From assembly GCA_029976805.1 (NCBI GenBank), contig JAPOLY010000001.1, forward strand, positions 49,309 to 113,308: 64,000 nt of DNA, given 5' to 3'. Within the stretch, counting starts at the first letter, position 1. The number at the start of each line of letters is the position of its first letter. Source of the stretch: a bacterium (GTDB taxonomy: Bacteria; Planctomycetota; UBA8108; UBA1146). Below the pieces are notes generated by a model. It was not told the origin of the DNA. It saw only the letters and a program-made list of their open reading frames with translations, and did no database searches. Shown here piece after piece: positions 11,001 through 19,913 of this stretch. Both the position numbers and the translations under genes were made by a program.

Positions 11001-11545
11001 GGCTCATCGTAAGCGCAAACCAAGTTTGCGGGTGCGATGGTGCCCAATGTGAAGGTGACGTCCATGTCTGTTGTTCCAACAGAAGCGGCGTCCCAACCAC
11101 CGACACGAATGAAGTAGGTAACACCGGCGAAAACACCCGCACCTACGAGGTCGGATCCAAAGGCGGTGCATCCGGCTCCGTCACCGTTACAGCCGATCTC
11201 GATGAGACCAGTGCAACCTGCGGAGGCATCATAAAGAATGATATCTGTATCAAGACCGCCTGGATTGACACAGGTACTCAGGTCGAGAAGACCATTGGCC
11301 GGAGCAGTCCAGCTGAACCAGACATCTGACTCAGTCGTTCCCAAAGCGGTGCCGGGGCAGGTCGCGCCTCCAGCGGGAATCGCAGTGCTGCTGGTTGCAG
11401 CGGTGTTGTCGATCGCCACCGTCACCGTACCCGGTGCGGTCAAGTTGATCGGCTGAGCATTGGCACATTCATCCGCTCCCTGTGCGCCAACGACGCCACA
11501 GGAGAGAATCATGAATGCAGCCACCAAAAACGGTAGGTGTCTCAT
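8099..11545 (-). CDS. Secreted modular Cys-rich surface protein 2: two PxNDxC-type domains, FN3-like modules, shared ~230 aa domain, dockerin-like tail
   Basis: ATG 11545 (MRHLPFL) with AGGAAGGG RBS and signal peptide; FKRGDTNQDG...DQNDDGGVNIAD tail ending YNGC. Confidence 0.8.
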   Translation of the reverse strand: MRHLPFLVAAFMILSCGVVGAQGADECANAQPINLTAPGTVTVAIDNTAATSSTAIPAGGATCPGTALGTTESDVWFSWTAPANGLLDLSTCVNPGGLDTDIILYDASAGCTGLIEIGCNGDGAGCTAFGSDLVGAGVFAGVTYFIRVGGWDAASVGTTDMDVTFTLGTIAPANLVCAYDEPTDTATLTWENQDQYDTVNYYLNGTLTGTFDGTAGAATDILTGFPPGLTVICLEGVVAGVASAQICCTVFIAEPCPSTVVGSMIPIPTVLPLGGGVACGAGGIHADNSYLRSFDLVNGYSVSDEITVECVTTAVNVSTPALAGGTQPVRIRLIIDLNGGGPQNFTYLAGTNVGQTPDPGNTTMLMVYEEEFQVPELADNIYNFILGTGVVDPDGLGANSNTLQCMTSYGPSANLAVEIFTPDGNANGGDSWYMGLTDATATGEIGTSYIVAGACGLASPSPLSGIGFPNNRYIMDIGYSVAVAGTCGSAGGIANLQCDQNVGDTSWNLTWDDAGGAASWIIEIDGNVEATLPSTDLSFLTLPQPEYQDLDVLITSWSGAGGTGALINSAGCTLQTAPANNWPAGASVAAVGTFQQEIATPYTTTTGVPIDLAVCDPGTGITQINNDIFLRYTASVDGDLLVSTCSPNTVIAGADTMLAVYTYDAALLDDPTLVVACSDDVNVGANPTNNPACNVFLAETVFAATAGQEYLIRLGTFNAAGVGTLEYTINDCVPATNLTGAADCTNGDVTLNWTPNPNASSQEVLRDGVSVATLGAADATYVDLGVADGTYQYEVVTDCGSGPNPVGLSVSVLTYAGQTDLIFAVEGLQTGGDVGLVDSGDLLLSALVGAGRDAAIVRGSWVDYPCASDAGVANIWALTGTVPNDYRITAAEGDELALLGEAGKGVYFEGGDHFGFLHVASLFDGRDGVDDGTYDTGDGDDTFTSMDGFDSGAGLDMSANQDVAYTQDQADNDWTDQLTLAGADAGVAAAGVIWASDDALVDPTTGAAIPQYNTGIASETTVGGNTVVQSWEIGGYGGDQSALSLAYAEFLSGGGGGPVFKRGDTNQDGGFNIADEVFLLAALFSGGTPCGCADSCDQNDDGGVNIADAIYGLAALFSGGPAPTDPGPAVCGEDPTDDGLTCDTYNGC

Positions 11546-11761
11546 AGGTGAAAACCCTTCCTGGTTAATGAATCCCTTTACCGGAATTCGGATATCCATT
11601 GCGAAAGTCAAAATTCCTCGCAGGAATAAAAACAAATCCAAAGTTTCATGACAGAAGCACAAGCCCTGACGGACACCTGATGATCGGAGAGATTCCGATC
11701 TGTCAGACCACCTGAAAAGACCGCAAGTTGTCACAAAGTTACATTTAGCCCATTAACTTCA

Positions 11762-11789
11762 AATTTACCGGACATTCAGCACGGGTCAA
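11762..11789 (-). promoter_or_regulatory. Sigma70-like promoter for the 8099-11545 gene
   Basis: Minus strand TTGACC-16 nt-TAAATT. Confidence 0.5.
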
Positions 11790-11837
11790 GCACCCGCTCC
11801 GGTCTCAAAAAAGCCTTAATTAGTCTAGGGGAGTGTT

Positions 11838-13886
11838 TCAGGGACAATTTGCCGATTCGTCACAGGTCAGGAGAGTCGCTTTCGTGGGATCTTCTCCACA
11901 GGCTCCTTCCGGCTCAGGCAGGCTGGGAGATCCTGGAACAAAGAGGTGTGAGAGCAGAAAGATGGCATCCGCCAGATTGACTCCTTCGTCGTCATTACAA
12001 TCTGCAGAATCCCGACAATCGACCATGGCCGACCCTGGAACAAAAAGTGACTCAAGAAGGAAAATGCCATCGGCAAGGTTGACCGAATCGTCACCGTTGA
12101 TGTCTCCCCGGCGGAAGGGCGAGGCGATGAAGGACCCCTTGAAGGAGGCGATGAGATGAGTATCCGGGTATCCGAGATCTGAAAGTGGAACGGGAAGATC
12201 ATTGCCACAGAACGGAGCCGAGAATCGGGTGGGATCGGACTCTCCGGAGTCGTTGGTTCCCAGAATCAGCAGATGGCCATTTGCCGTGCCATCAGGCAGA
12301 TGAAATTCGACGACCACATTCATGCCGCAGGGAAGTTCCACAGGGTTGTCCAGAGTCAGGCACATGTGGGATGTCTCGAATGCGGGGACTTCGAAGGACT
12401 GTTCATGAATCAAATCCAGCAAAGAAGGATCGTTGATTCCGGACCCGGTCTGATCTTCATAAATCCGCAGGACGAGCGGCTGCACAGTAAAACCGGTCCC
12501 CGGATTGGAGTTTTCAATGCCGATGCGGATCGCCTCGAGATTCATGCCATTGCTGAGCTGAAAAGGGCTTTCACACGGGGAAAGTAGTCGCCATAACGAT
12601 TGGGCCTGGTGACCGGTCGCGTCTCCACAAAAGGGTGTTCCCTGAGTGATGCTTTCTGTATCCACACTGTGACTGATCTCAACAGTTGCGGGATCACAAC
12701 CGGGTGCCAACAGGTCGCAACTGACAGAGGGGGTCCAACTGTTGCCTGAAAATCCTTGCGCCTCAATGCGTACCAGGGAAGGAAGACTGGCTGTCACTCC
12801 AGCCCAACTTCCAGGATTTGCAGGCACGGTATCGATCAGAATCCCATTTACGCGAATCTCAACGAAATCTGCAGAAGTGCTCGGATCCCATGAAGCAAGG
12901 AGGGTTCCGTCACTCAAGGAGGAGCAGGAAAATCCGCTCAGTGCAGGAATCAGGGTTGGGCAATCATCGTGCCCCTCGACTACTGATATGGTGTTGCTTG
13001 AGTTGTCGACCACCCAATAGGAAGAGATACCGAATGGATCTGCAGTCGGTGCTGAAGCGGGTCGCGAACTCTCGACGCCATTGATAAAGAAACCGTGATT
13101 ACTCAAATCGACCGGTGCCAGTGCGATGGAACTTTGAGTGGATACGGAAGACAGGGTGGTGACGCGTCCAGCAAGATCATGCCCATGGGGAATGCTGAGC
13201 CGGTTGCAGTCGGCTCGAAACGCCAGACCGTTTCCGAGCCCGTTACCATCGGGGTGGTTCACTGAATTTCCAAGATAGGATCCATCGTTGATGGAGAGCA
13301 GGTCATAACGATCCGCAGTGATATCTGCTGCCCAGATGCCATCGGCTCCATCCCAGCACAGTCCACCAATGAATCCTCCGCCCTGAATATCCGCGATTCC
13401 GACGAGCAGGGGATCTGTTCCATCCGGATTGGAGCGCCAGATCTCATTGGGTCCAGGTGGGTTGATCACACCCCAGTAAAGCCATGTTCCATCGGTGGTC
13501 ACACCGGTCACGGAGATCCCTGCAGGAGGATTCAGAATCGGACCAATAGGGGCAAGGGTCAGGGCATCGTAGACCCAGCTCTCTGCACTGAAGAGTTCGG
13601 CGACGACCACGATGGGTTGAGCCCAGGGATTGTTGTCTGGCATGAAGCAGATGCCATAGGCACTGGTACCGGAAAGAGGGAAGGGCCCTGCCAGAAGATC
13701 CGCAGGATTCATCGGCGCTGTAGAAGTGGCCGAATTTCTGTCCTGTTCAAGCAATCCACGAGGAATCCCCTGGGCCACCACCTCCGAGGCGCTGAGCCAG
13801 AAAATCAGTATCGGAATCAGAACTGGAATCCGGGAGTGGATCCCCTTGCCCAAAATTCGGGCAGGAGTCATTCGTGGCATCTTCAT
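11838..13886 (-). CDS. Secreted modular protein 3: probable beta-propeller N-terminus, FN3-like module, domain shared with protein 2, dockerin-like tail (start uncertain, 13880-13958)
   Basis: Hydrophobic signal ending VVA-Q; repeated DGxWLYW / WDGADGIW blade-like motifs; FRRGDINGDDSVNLAD...DCNDDEGVNLAD tail. Confidence 0.7.
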   Translation of the reverse strand: MKMPRMTPARILGKGIHSRIPVLIPILIFWLSASEVVAQGIPRGLLEQDRNSATSTAPMNPADLLAGPFPLSGTSAYGICFMPDNNPWAQPIVVVAELFSAESWVYDALTLAPIGPILNPPAGISVTGVTTDGTWLYWGVINPPGPNEIWRSNPDGTDPLLVGIADIQGGGFIGGLCWDGADGIWAADITADRYDLLSINDGSYLGNSVNHPDGNGLGNGLAFRADCNRLSIPHGHDLAGRVTTLSSVSTQSSIALAPVDLSNHGFFINGVESSRPASAPTADPFGISSYWVVDNSSNTISVVEGHDDCPTLIPALSGFSCSSLSDGTLLASWDPSTSADFVEIRVNGILIDTVPANPGSWAGVTASLPSLVRIEAQGFSGNSWTPSVSCDLLAPGCDPATVEISHSVDTESITQGTPFCGDATGHQAQSLWRLLSPCESPFQLSNGMNLEAIRIGIENSNPGTGFTVQPLVLRIYEDQTGSGINDPSLLDLIHEQSFEVPAFETSHMCLTLDNPVELPCGMNVVVEFHLPDGTANGHLLILGTNDSGESDPTRFSAPFCGNDLPVPLSDLGYPDTHLIASFKGSFIASPFRRGDINGDDSVNLADGIFLLESLFVPGSAMVDCRDSADCNDDEGVNLADAIFLLSHLFVPGSPSLPEPEGACGEDPTKATLLTCDESANCP

Positions 13887-14139
13887 CTTCCCCATCAAGG
13901 ACAGTGATATAGGTTGCTCCTGTATACACAGAAGCGGGTTTTGGCCGCCCTTTGTCATATTTGTGCCCCCAAGATTAGCGGGGGGGGAAGTGGCAAGCGA
14001 GGGGTGAGGGACGCTTCTGGCACTTCTGTCATGAATGACAGGTCTGACATTTGGGAATGTCGATCTTCAACGAGGATTCCTGAAATCGTCGTCTTTGGGA
14101 CCAGATCGGGAATAACAGCATGGCCTTGACCTGGAAGAC

Positions 14140-14177
14140 AAAAAAAAGGGCCCCTCTGCGATTGCAGAGGGGCCCTT
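14140..14177 (-). terminator. Intrinsic terminator after the 14225-17503 gene
   Basis: AAGGGCCCCTCTGC-GATT-GCAGAGGGGCCCTT hairpin, with an A8 tract on + running into its left arm. Confidence 0.9.
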
Positions 14178-14224
14178 CGCGAAACCTTCCCGAAAAGGAA
14201 AGGCTTCAGAACTTCCGGCCAGGC

Positions 14225-17200
14225 CTAGGGGCAGGGCGGGAAGGAAGCACAGTCGAGCGGATCAGTGTCGGTCGGATCGATTCCGCAGCTGGTCGGCGTC
14301 GGAGCAGGTCCGCCACTGAACAGGGCTGCAAGAGCGTAGATCGCGTCCGCAATGTTGATACCGCCGTCGTCGTTGGCGTCGCAGGAATCCAGACAGGTTC
14401 CAGCAGGGCCACCACTGAAGAGGGCTGCCAGCAGGAAGATGGAGTCAGCAATGTTGAATCCACCGTCAGCGTTGCAGTCACCACGGACAAACTCAGGAAG
14501 GGTCGGTCCGCCACCACCACCACCGAGGGCAGCAATGATATCGGCAGCCAACAGAACCTGATCGCCTCCGTAACCACCAAACTCCCAAGACTGGACGAGC
14601 ACGTTACCGATCGGTGAGCCCGCAAGATCCTGGTTCTGGCTGTACGCTCCGGTGATGTAGGCACCGTTACCCTCTTGCCAGATGGCGCCGACATTCGGTC
14701 CACCTGCTTCAGGTCCGACAGTCAACTGGTCGGTCCAGTCGTTTCCTGCAGCGTCCTGGTTGTAAGGAACGTTTTGGATTCCACTGAAGTCCACACCGAG
14801 AAGTGTGTCCAGACCACTGACACTGAGGAAGGTGTCGTCACCATCCAGAGCGGAGAGAATGCCGTCATAGCCTTCGAAGGCTCCAATGGTGGGAGCGAAG
14901 CCCCACATGTCGCCACCCTCGAAGTAAACGCCGATTCCAGCTTCAACCCAAAGGGCCAGAGCATCGGAATCTGCAGTCGTCATGGGACCATCCTCGGGGA
15001 AGGTACCACTGCAGACCCAGACACGCTCGTAGGTGCCAATGACGTTACCCAGCTGGGAAGCCGGGAAGTCGACCACGGTCAGGAAGCTGATGCCGTTGGC
15101 GGTCAGGGCTGCCTCAAGAGCTGCAGAACTGTTGATTTGTCCGAGGTCAGATTCCGTCTTGAAGATGATGTCGGTCTCTCCGCCACTGGCGCAGGAGACA
15201 TTGACAAAGACCGAAGCGGAAACGGCACTGCCGGAAGCACAGTTACCCGTCACGGTGTACTCGTAGGTACCGTTGCTGAGTGCAGTGGAATCGGTGTAGG
15301 AAGTGGTTCCTGCAGCGAGGCCAGCGGCCAGAACGACACCGTCACGAAGAACGTCGTAGGTATCGAATCCACCGTCGTCCCAAGTCAGGCTTGAGGTGCT
15401 GGTGGCACAGTCGTAGGTAGCAATGAAGTTGCTGATGGCCGTGGCACCACAGCTGACGCTGATGTCGAGGAAACCGGCACCCAGGGCACCGTTCCAACCA
15501 CCGACCTGAACGTAGTAGCTTTCTCCGGAGATCACGGGAATCTCGACGGAAGACATGAAGGCAGCGCCACCCGCGACATTGGTGCAATTGTCGTCACCGG
15601 AAGCGAGGCAGGTTGCACCCGCAGTCGGGCAACCGGCAAGACCGTCGTAGACGATCAGAACAGTGTCGTCGTTGGATCCACCACCATCGCAGGTTTGAAT
15701 CACAGCAGTACCGTCGGCAGTCGCGGTGTAGAGGAACCACACATCGTTGGTCATGTTGGCATCGCAGTCGATAGGGCCAGCAGTGGTAGAGACAGTGTTG
15801 TCCCAGGCAAAGTTGCCTTCACTCACCAGCTCAGCGTTGTCACAGGTATCGTTGGGAGCACCCGGACATGGGGCAGTGTTGACGCAATCGGGATCGAAGC
15901 AGTCAGTGAGGCCATCGAGATCGTTGTCGATACCGTCGGCACAGGAAACATCGTCTCCCTCGAAGCAGAGAGGTGCAGTTGCACAGTCCGGATCGGCACA
16001 GTCGGCGAGGGTGTCACCGTCATTGTCGATGCCGTCATCGCAGATTTCAGAACCGCAAGCGGGGTCTCCGCCGCAGTCTGCATCCAGGCAGTCAATGTCG
16101 CCATCAAGGTCGTCATCGACACCGTTGTCACAAATCTCGCTACCCGAAGCACAGTTCAGGGTGAGCTCGTAAAGGCCCTGAGAACCACCGAAGCCATGGA
16201 CGACAATGATGTACTCGACACCTGCCACCGAATCCCAGAGGACGGTGGAAAGGAGGCCGGAAGAGCCTCCGGTGCAGTTGTCGTCGTTACCACCCACACA
16301 AATCGGAGTGGCGCAGTCGCCCTCGTAGACACTGATCTTGGTGTCGTACTGTGCGGTGCCACTGCAAGTGGTGGCAATCGTCGTGAAGCCGGTTCCGGTG
16401 TGGGTGTAGTAAACCGCACCACCGGTTCCATTGGAGGTAATGCACAGAGGCAGTGTGGAAGGTGTGGCCAGATTGGTGAATCCGGTCACCACGTCACCAC
16501 ACGAGATCGGAGTAGCCGTATCACACTCGTTATTATCCGGAGCGAGGCAACCGGGGACTCCGACCGGGCAATCGGCCGTATCGATGCAGTCGATCAGGCC
16601 ATCACCGTCGTTGTCGAGGCCGTCATCACAGATTTCAAGACCACAGGGGCCAATACCACCGCAGTCGGCATCTGCACAGTCAATGGCGCCATCGCCATCG
16701 TTGTCGATTCCGTCACCACAGGTGGCAGCATCACCCTCGAAGCAGAAGGGGTCACCGATGCAGTCGGTGTCGAAACAGTCGATGACACCGTCACCGTCGT
16801 TGTCGATGCCGTCATCGCAGATTTCGATTCCGCAAGGGGGAATTCCGGCGCAATCGATGTCCAGGCAGTCGATGGTGCCGTCACCGTCGTTGTCGAGACC
16901 ATCGCCACAGGTGGCAGCGTCACCCTCGAAGCAGTTCGGTGCTCCCACGCAGTCCGGGTCAAAGCAATCGATCAGGCCATCGACATCGTTGTCGATTCCG
17001 TCGTCACAAATCTCAGCTGCAGGGAAGAAGATGTTGAGTGCTCCGTCTCCTTCGGCACCATTCCAGCCGCCGACCTGAACGTAGTAGTTCTCACCGGCGA
17101 TCACGGGAATCTGAACCTGAGACATGAAACCGGCTCCACCGGCGACGTTTTCGCACTCGTCGTCACCGGAAGCGAGGCATGCCGCTCCGGCAGTCGGGCA

Positions 17201-17503
17201 ACCGGCCAGACCGTCATAGACGATCAGAACAGTGTCGTCATTGGTACCACCACCGAGACAAGTCTCGATCACGGCAGTGCCGGAGGCGGTGGGGGTGTAG
17301 AGGAACCACACGTCAGTGGTCATGTTTGCGTCGCAGTCATTGGGGCCTTCGATCAACGACCCGGTGTTGTCCCAGGGGAAAGAGCCCTCTCCGACAGCTT
17401 CAGCAGTCAGGCACTCATCATTGAGAGGCTGTGCCCCTGCATTACCCAGCGGAATCAGAGCCGAAATGGCCAGGATTGCCGCAAAAAATATGAAACGCTT
17501 CAT
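14225..17503 (-). CDS. Secreted modular Cys/Asp-rich surface protein 4: three PxNDxC domains, eight CxDGxDNDxDGxxDCxDxDC repeats, FN3-like module, shared ~230 aa domain, dockerin-like tail
   Basis: MKRF signal peptide ending AGA-Q; GGGAG RBS; repeats visible in the translation; [10 protein letters not shown]...[12 protein letters not shown] tail. Confidence 0.85.
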   Translation of the reverse strand: MKRFIFFAAILAISALIPLGNAGAQPLNDECLTAEAVGEGSFPWDNTGSLIEGPNDCDANMTTDVWFLYTPTASGTAVIETCLGGGTNDDTVLIVYDGLAGCPTAGAACLASGDDECENVAGGAGFMSQVQIPVIAGENYYVQVGGWNGAEGDGALNIFFPAAEICDDGIDNDVDGLIDCFDPDCVGAPNCFEGDAATCGDGLDNDGDGTIDCLDIDCAGIPPCGIEICDDGIDNDGDGVIDCFDTDCIGDPFCFEGDAATCGDGIDNDGDGAIDCADADCGGIGPCGLEICDDGLDNDGDGLIDCIDTADCPVGVPGCLAPDNNECDTATPISCGDVVTGFTNLATPSTLPLCITSNGTGGAVYYTHTGTGFTTIATTCSGTAQYDTKISVYEGDCATPICVGGNDDNCTGGSSGLLSTVLWDSVAGVEYIIVVHGFGGSQGLYELTLNCASGSEICDNGVDDDLDGDIDCLDADCGGDPACGSEICDDGIDNDGDTLADCADPDCATAPLCFEGDDVSCADGIDNDLDGLTDCFDPDCVNTAPCPGAPNDTCDNAELVSEGNFAWDNTVSTTAGPIDCDANMTNDVWFLYTATADGTAVIQTCDGGGSNDDTVLIVYDGLAGCPTAGATCLASGDDNCTNVAGGAAFMSSVEIPVISGESYYVQVGGWNGALGAGFLDISVSCGATAISNFIATYDCATSTSSLTWDDGGFDTYDVLRDGVVLAAGLAAGTTSYTDSTALSNGTYEYTVTGNCASGSAVSASVFVNVSCASGGETDIIFKTESDLGQINSSAALEAALTANGISFLTVVDFPASQLGNVIGTYERVWVCSGTFPEDGPMTTADSDALALWVEAGIGVYFEGGDMWGFAPTIGAFEGYDGILSALDGDDTFLSVSGLDTLLGVDFSGIQNVPYNQDAAGNDWTDQLTVGPEAGGPNVGAIWQEGNGAYITGAYSQNQDLAGSPIGNVLVQSWEFGGYGGDQVLLAADIIAALGGGGGGPTLPEFVRGDCNADGGFNIADSIFLLAALFSGGPAGTCLDSCDANDDGGINIADAIYALAALFSGGPAPTPTSCGIDPTDTDPLDCASFPPCP
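15870..17020 (-). repeat. Two blocks (3 + 5) of ~30-33 aa Cys/Asp-rich intragenic repeats
   Basis: For example [22 protein letters not shown] and [27 protein letters not shown]; blocks at about 15870-16140 and 16560-17020. Confidence 0.85.
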
Positions 17504-18335
17504 CTTTTGACTCCCTTTCAGAGGGGTTCCAAAATACCTTTAACTCAGTATCCCGAAAAAGCCGCTGGGTGGTTTCCAGCCGTTTTCCGGAATGATTTTC
17601 AAAAAGACGAATGTCCGAACAGCGGAATTGCCCGCGCCTTCGGCATTCAAATTTAATCCAAAATGTCTCTAACCAAGCCCTAGTAAAGCCCATGTGCATA
17701 CCAGTTGGCCTGAATAGCGGAGGGCCACAATGAAGTACCGGATCTGGGAAGATCCTGCACAATCAGGGCCGGGCCAATGCAGAACACAGATTTTCACGCT
17801 CCGCAGGATTCAAAATTCCCCTAAAAGACCGGGAATCAGTCGAACCCTAATATCGGAACTCGTCGATTGTACACATGATTTTCGGGCCTTGAGAGGGGGG
17901 AGTTGCAAAAAAATCGACTTAGTCAGTCCTGAATGGGTTGTTCAGGGCATGAATTAAAGGGTTGTCGACATTTAGGAGAGTACGGATCTGCCGATATGAC
18001 CCCGATTGAGGCAACTCCGTTACTGTTGCCGATACTCCCTTGATGCATCAGGGAGTGAATTGCCCCTCAACAGGGAAGGTCGGCATTGATTGCCGAAGTC
18101 GCAGCCAATTCCCAGTTTCTGAAAGCGATCCACCTTTCCCTAGTACCGTCACTGCGCAGAGTTTCAGCGGGCGGGTTCCCTCGATTTTAACCCTGTACAG
18201 CCTTACCTTGTTGACCGAACAGGTGACAGGGCGAAGTGCAAGTCCTCCGGACGATCAGGAGACTGCTCCCACTGTCCAATCGGAATTCCACCTCGGGCCG
18301 ATTTCCCGGAGTTGGTGTGAGAAAGGCTGAAGATC

Positions 18336-19862
18336 ATGGATCGCTCATTTCTGAAAACCCTGGGACTTCCTGAAAATCACTCGGGTGTCTTTTCTGATCA
18401 GTGGCTCGAGGGTGCTGGCGGGTCTTTGACCAGTCATTCACCGATCGACGGTTCTGCTCTCGGATCGGTGACTTGTGGGTCAATGGAAGATTACGAGGCC
18501 GTTGTTAAATCGACGCATCAGGCTTTTCTCGAGTGGCGCAACTGGCCTGCACCCCAGCGTGGTGAAGTGGTTCGGAGAATTGGTGAGGCGCTGAGAGACT
18601 ACAAGCAGCCTTTGGGCGAGTTGGTTACTGCCGAGATGGGAAAGATTCTTCCGGAGGGACTCGGTGAGGTTCAGGAGATGATCGACATCGCAGATTTCTC
18701 CGTGGGACTGTCGAGGCAGTTGTACGGTTTGTCGATGCACTCCGAGAGACCCGGTCACCGCATGTATGAACAGTGGCATCCTTTGGGTGTGGTGGGCTGT
18801 ATCACTGCATTCAACTTTCCTGTTGCCGTCTGGTCATGGAACGCCCTTGTCGCAGCGGTGTGTGGTGATGCGGTCATCTGGAAACCCTCTCCGGCGACCG
18901 CTTTGTGTGCTGTGGCGACGCATCGCATCGCTCAGGCAGTTCTCGATGACATGAAGGCTCCGCCGATTTTCGGTCTGATCGTCGGGGACGCAGATCCCGT
19001 CGGTGAGGCGATGATTGCCGATCGCCGATTGCCGCTGATCAGTGCCACCGGTTCTTGCCGAATGGGACGCAGGGTTGCCGAAGTAGTGGGACAGCGTCTG
19101 GGTCGCAGCCTTTTGGAGCTGGGTGGAAACAACGGCATCATCGTCACCGAGAACGCAGACCTCGATCTGGTCACCCGGGCAGTTCTCTTTGGAGCCTGTG
19201 GAACCTCGGGTCAGCGTTGCACGACCACTCGACGTCTCTTCATGCATGAGAGCATTGCCGATGAACTCGAATCGAGACTGCTGGATGCTTACCAGCAAGT
19301 CACCATCGGCAACCCGCTGGATGAAGGGGTGCTGATGGGGCCCCTGATCAATGAGCAGGCAGTGGACGGAATGCTCACTGCTCTCGAGCATGCGAAAGCC
19401 CAGGGCGGCGAGGTGATTTTGGGTGGGGATCGTCATCAAGGTGATGCACCGGCAGGGGGGCATTACGTTCAGCCGGCCCTCGTCCGCGCGAAGCATGACA
19501 TGCCCATCGTTCACGAAGAAACTTTTGCACCTGTTCTTTACCTGATGCGCTATTCGGATCTGGACGAGGTCATCAGTTGGCACAATGAAGTTCCGCAGGG
19601 TCTTTCCAGTGCCATCTTTACCCGGGATGTTCAGGAATCTGAGAGATTCCTCTCTGCGGCGGGGTCTGACTGCGGTATTGCCAACGTCAATATCGGTACC
19701 AGCGGTGCAGAGATCGGTGGAGCATTCGGAGGAGAGAAGGACACCGGTGGTGGTCGCGAATCGGGATCCGACTCGTGGAAGGCCTACATGCGTCGCCAAA
19801 CTTGCACCATCAACTATTCGAAAGAGTTGCCTCTGGCTCAGGGGATCCAGTTTGGCTCCTGA
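18336..19862 (+). CDS. Aldehyde dehydrogenase family 7 (antiquitin / piperideine-6-carboxylate dehydrogenase-like)
   Basis: ITAFNFPVAVW, LLELGGNN, GTSGQRCTT, EETFAP, SDCGIANVNIGTSGAEIGGAFGGEKDTGGGRESGSD. Confidence 0.92.
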   Translation: MDRSFLKTLGLPENHSGVFSDQWLEGAGGSLTSHSPIDGSALGSVTCGSMEDYEAVVKSTHQAFLEWRNWPAPQRGEVVRRIGEALRDYKQPLGELVTAEMGKILPEGLGEVQEMIDIADFSVGLSRQLYGLSMHSERPGHRMYEQWHPLGVVGCITAFNFPVAVWSWNALVAAVCGDAVIWKPSPATALCAVATHRIAQAVLDDMKAPPIFGLIVGDADPVGEAMIADRRLPLISATGSCRMGRRVAEVVGQRLGRSLLELGGNNGIIVTENADLDLVTRAVLFGACGTSGQRCTTTRRLFMHESIADELESRLLDAYQQVTIGNPLDEGVLMGPLINEQAVDGMLTALEHAKAQGGEVILGGDRHQGDAPAGGHYVQPALVRAKHDMPIVHEETFAPVLYLMRYSDLDEVISWHNEVPQGLSSAIFTRDVQESERFLSAAGSDCGIANVNIGTSGAEIGGAFGGEKDTGGGRESGSDSWKAYMRRQTCTINYSKELPLAQGIQFGS

Positions 19863-19913
19863 TTCCTGAAACGAACCGGATAACCTGTGGCTTGAGGGGG
19901 GAGAAGAAGATCG

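Noticed and set aside
15870-17020. Regularly spaced DNA repeats (GTCGATGCCGTCATCGCAGATTTC-like) as a possible CRISPR array or DGR template
   Set aside because: The repeats are degenerate at synonymous sites and in frame within a CDS; no cas or reverse transcriptase gene is in the window
4521-17503. Classical cellulosome
   Set aside because: No cohesin scaffoldin or recognisable glycoside hydrolase domains in the window; only the dockerin-like motif is shared
5205-17656. Long + strand ORFs (5205-6779, 8345-10156, 15695-17656) opposite the surface-protein genes
   Set aside because: Antisense shadows produced by codon bias; no signal peptides or motifs, while the minus frames are clearly coding
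17504-18335. Lysine or c-di-GMP riboswitch upstream of ALDH7 or protein 4
   Set aside because: Consensus nucleotides were not found by eye on either strand
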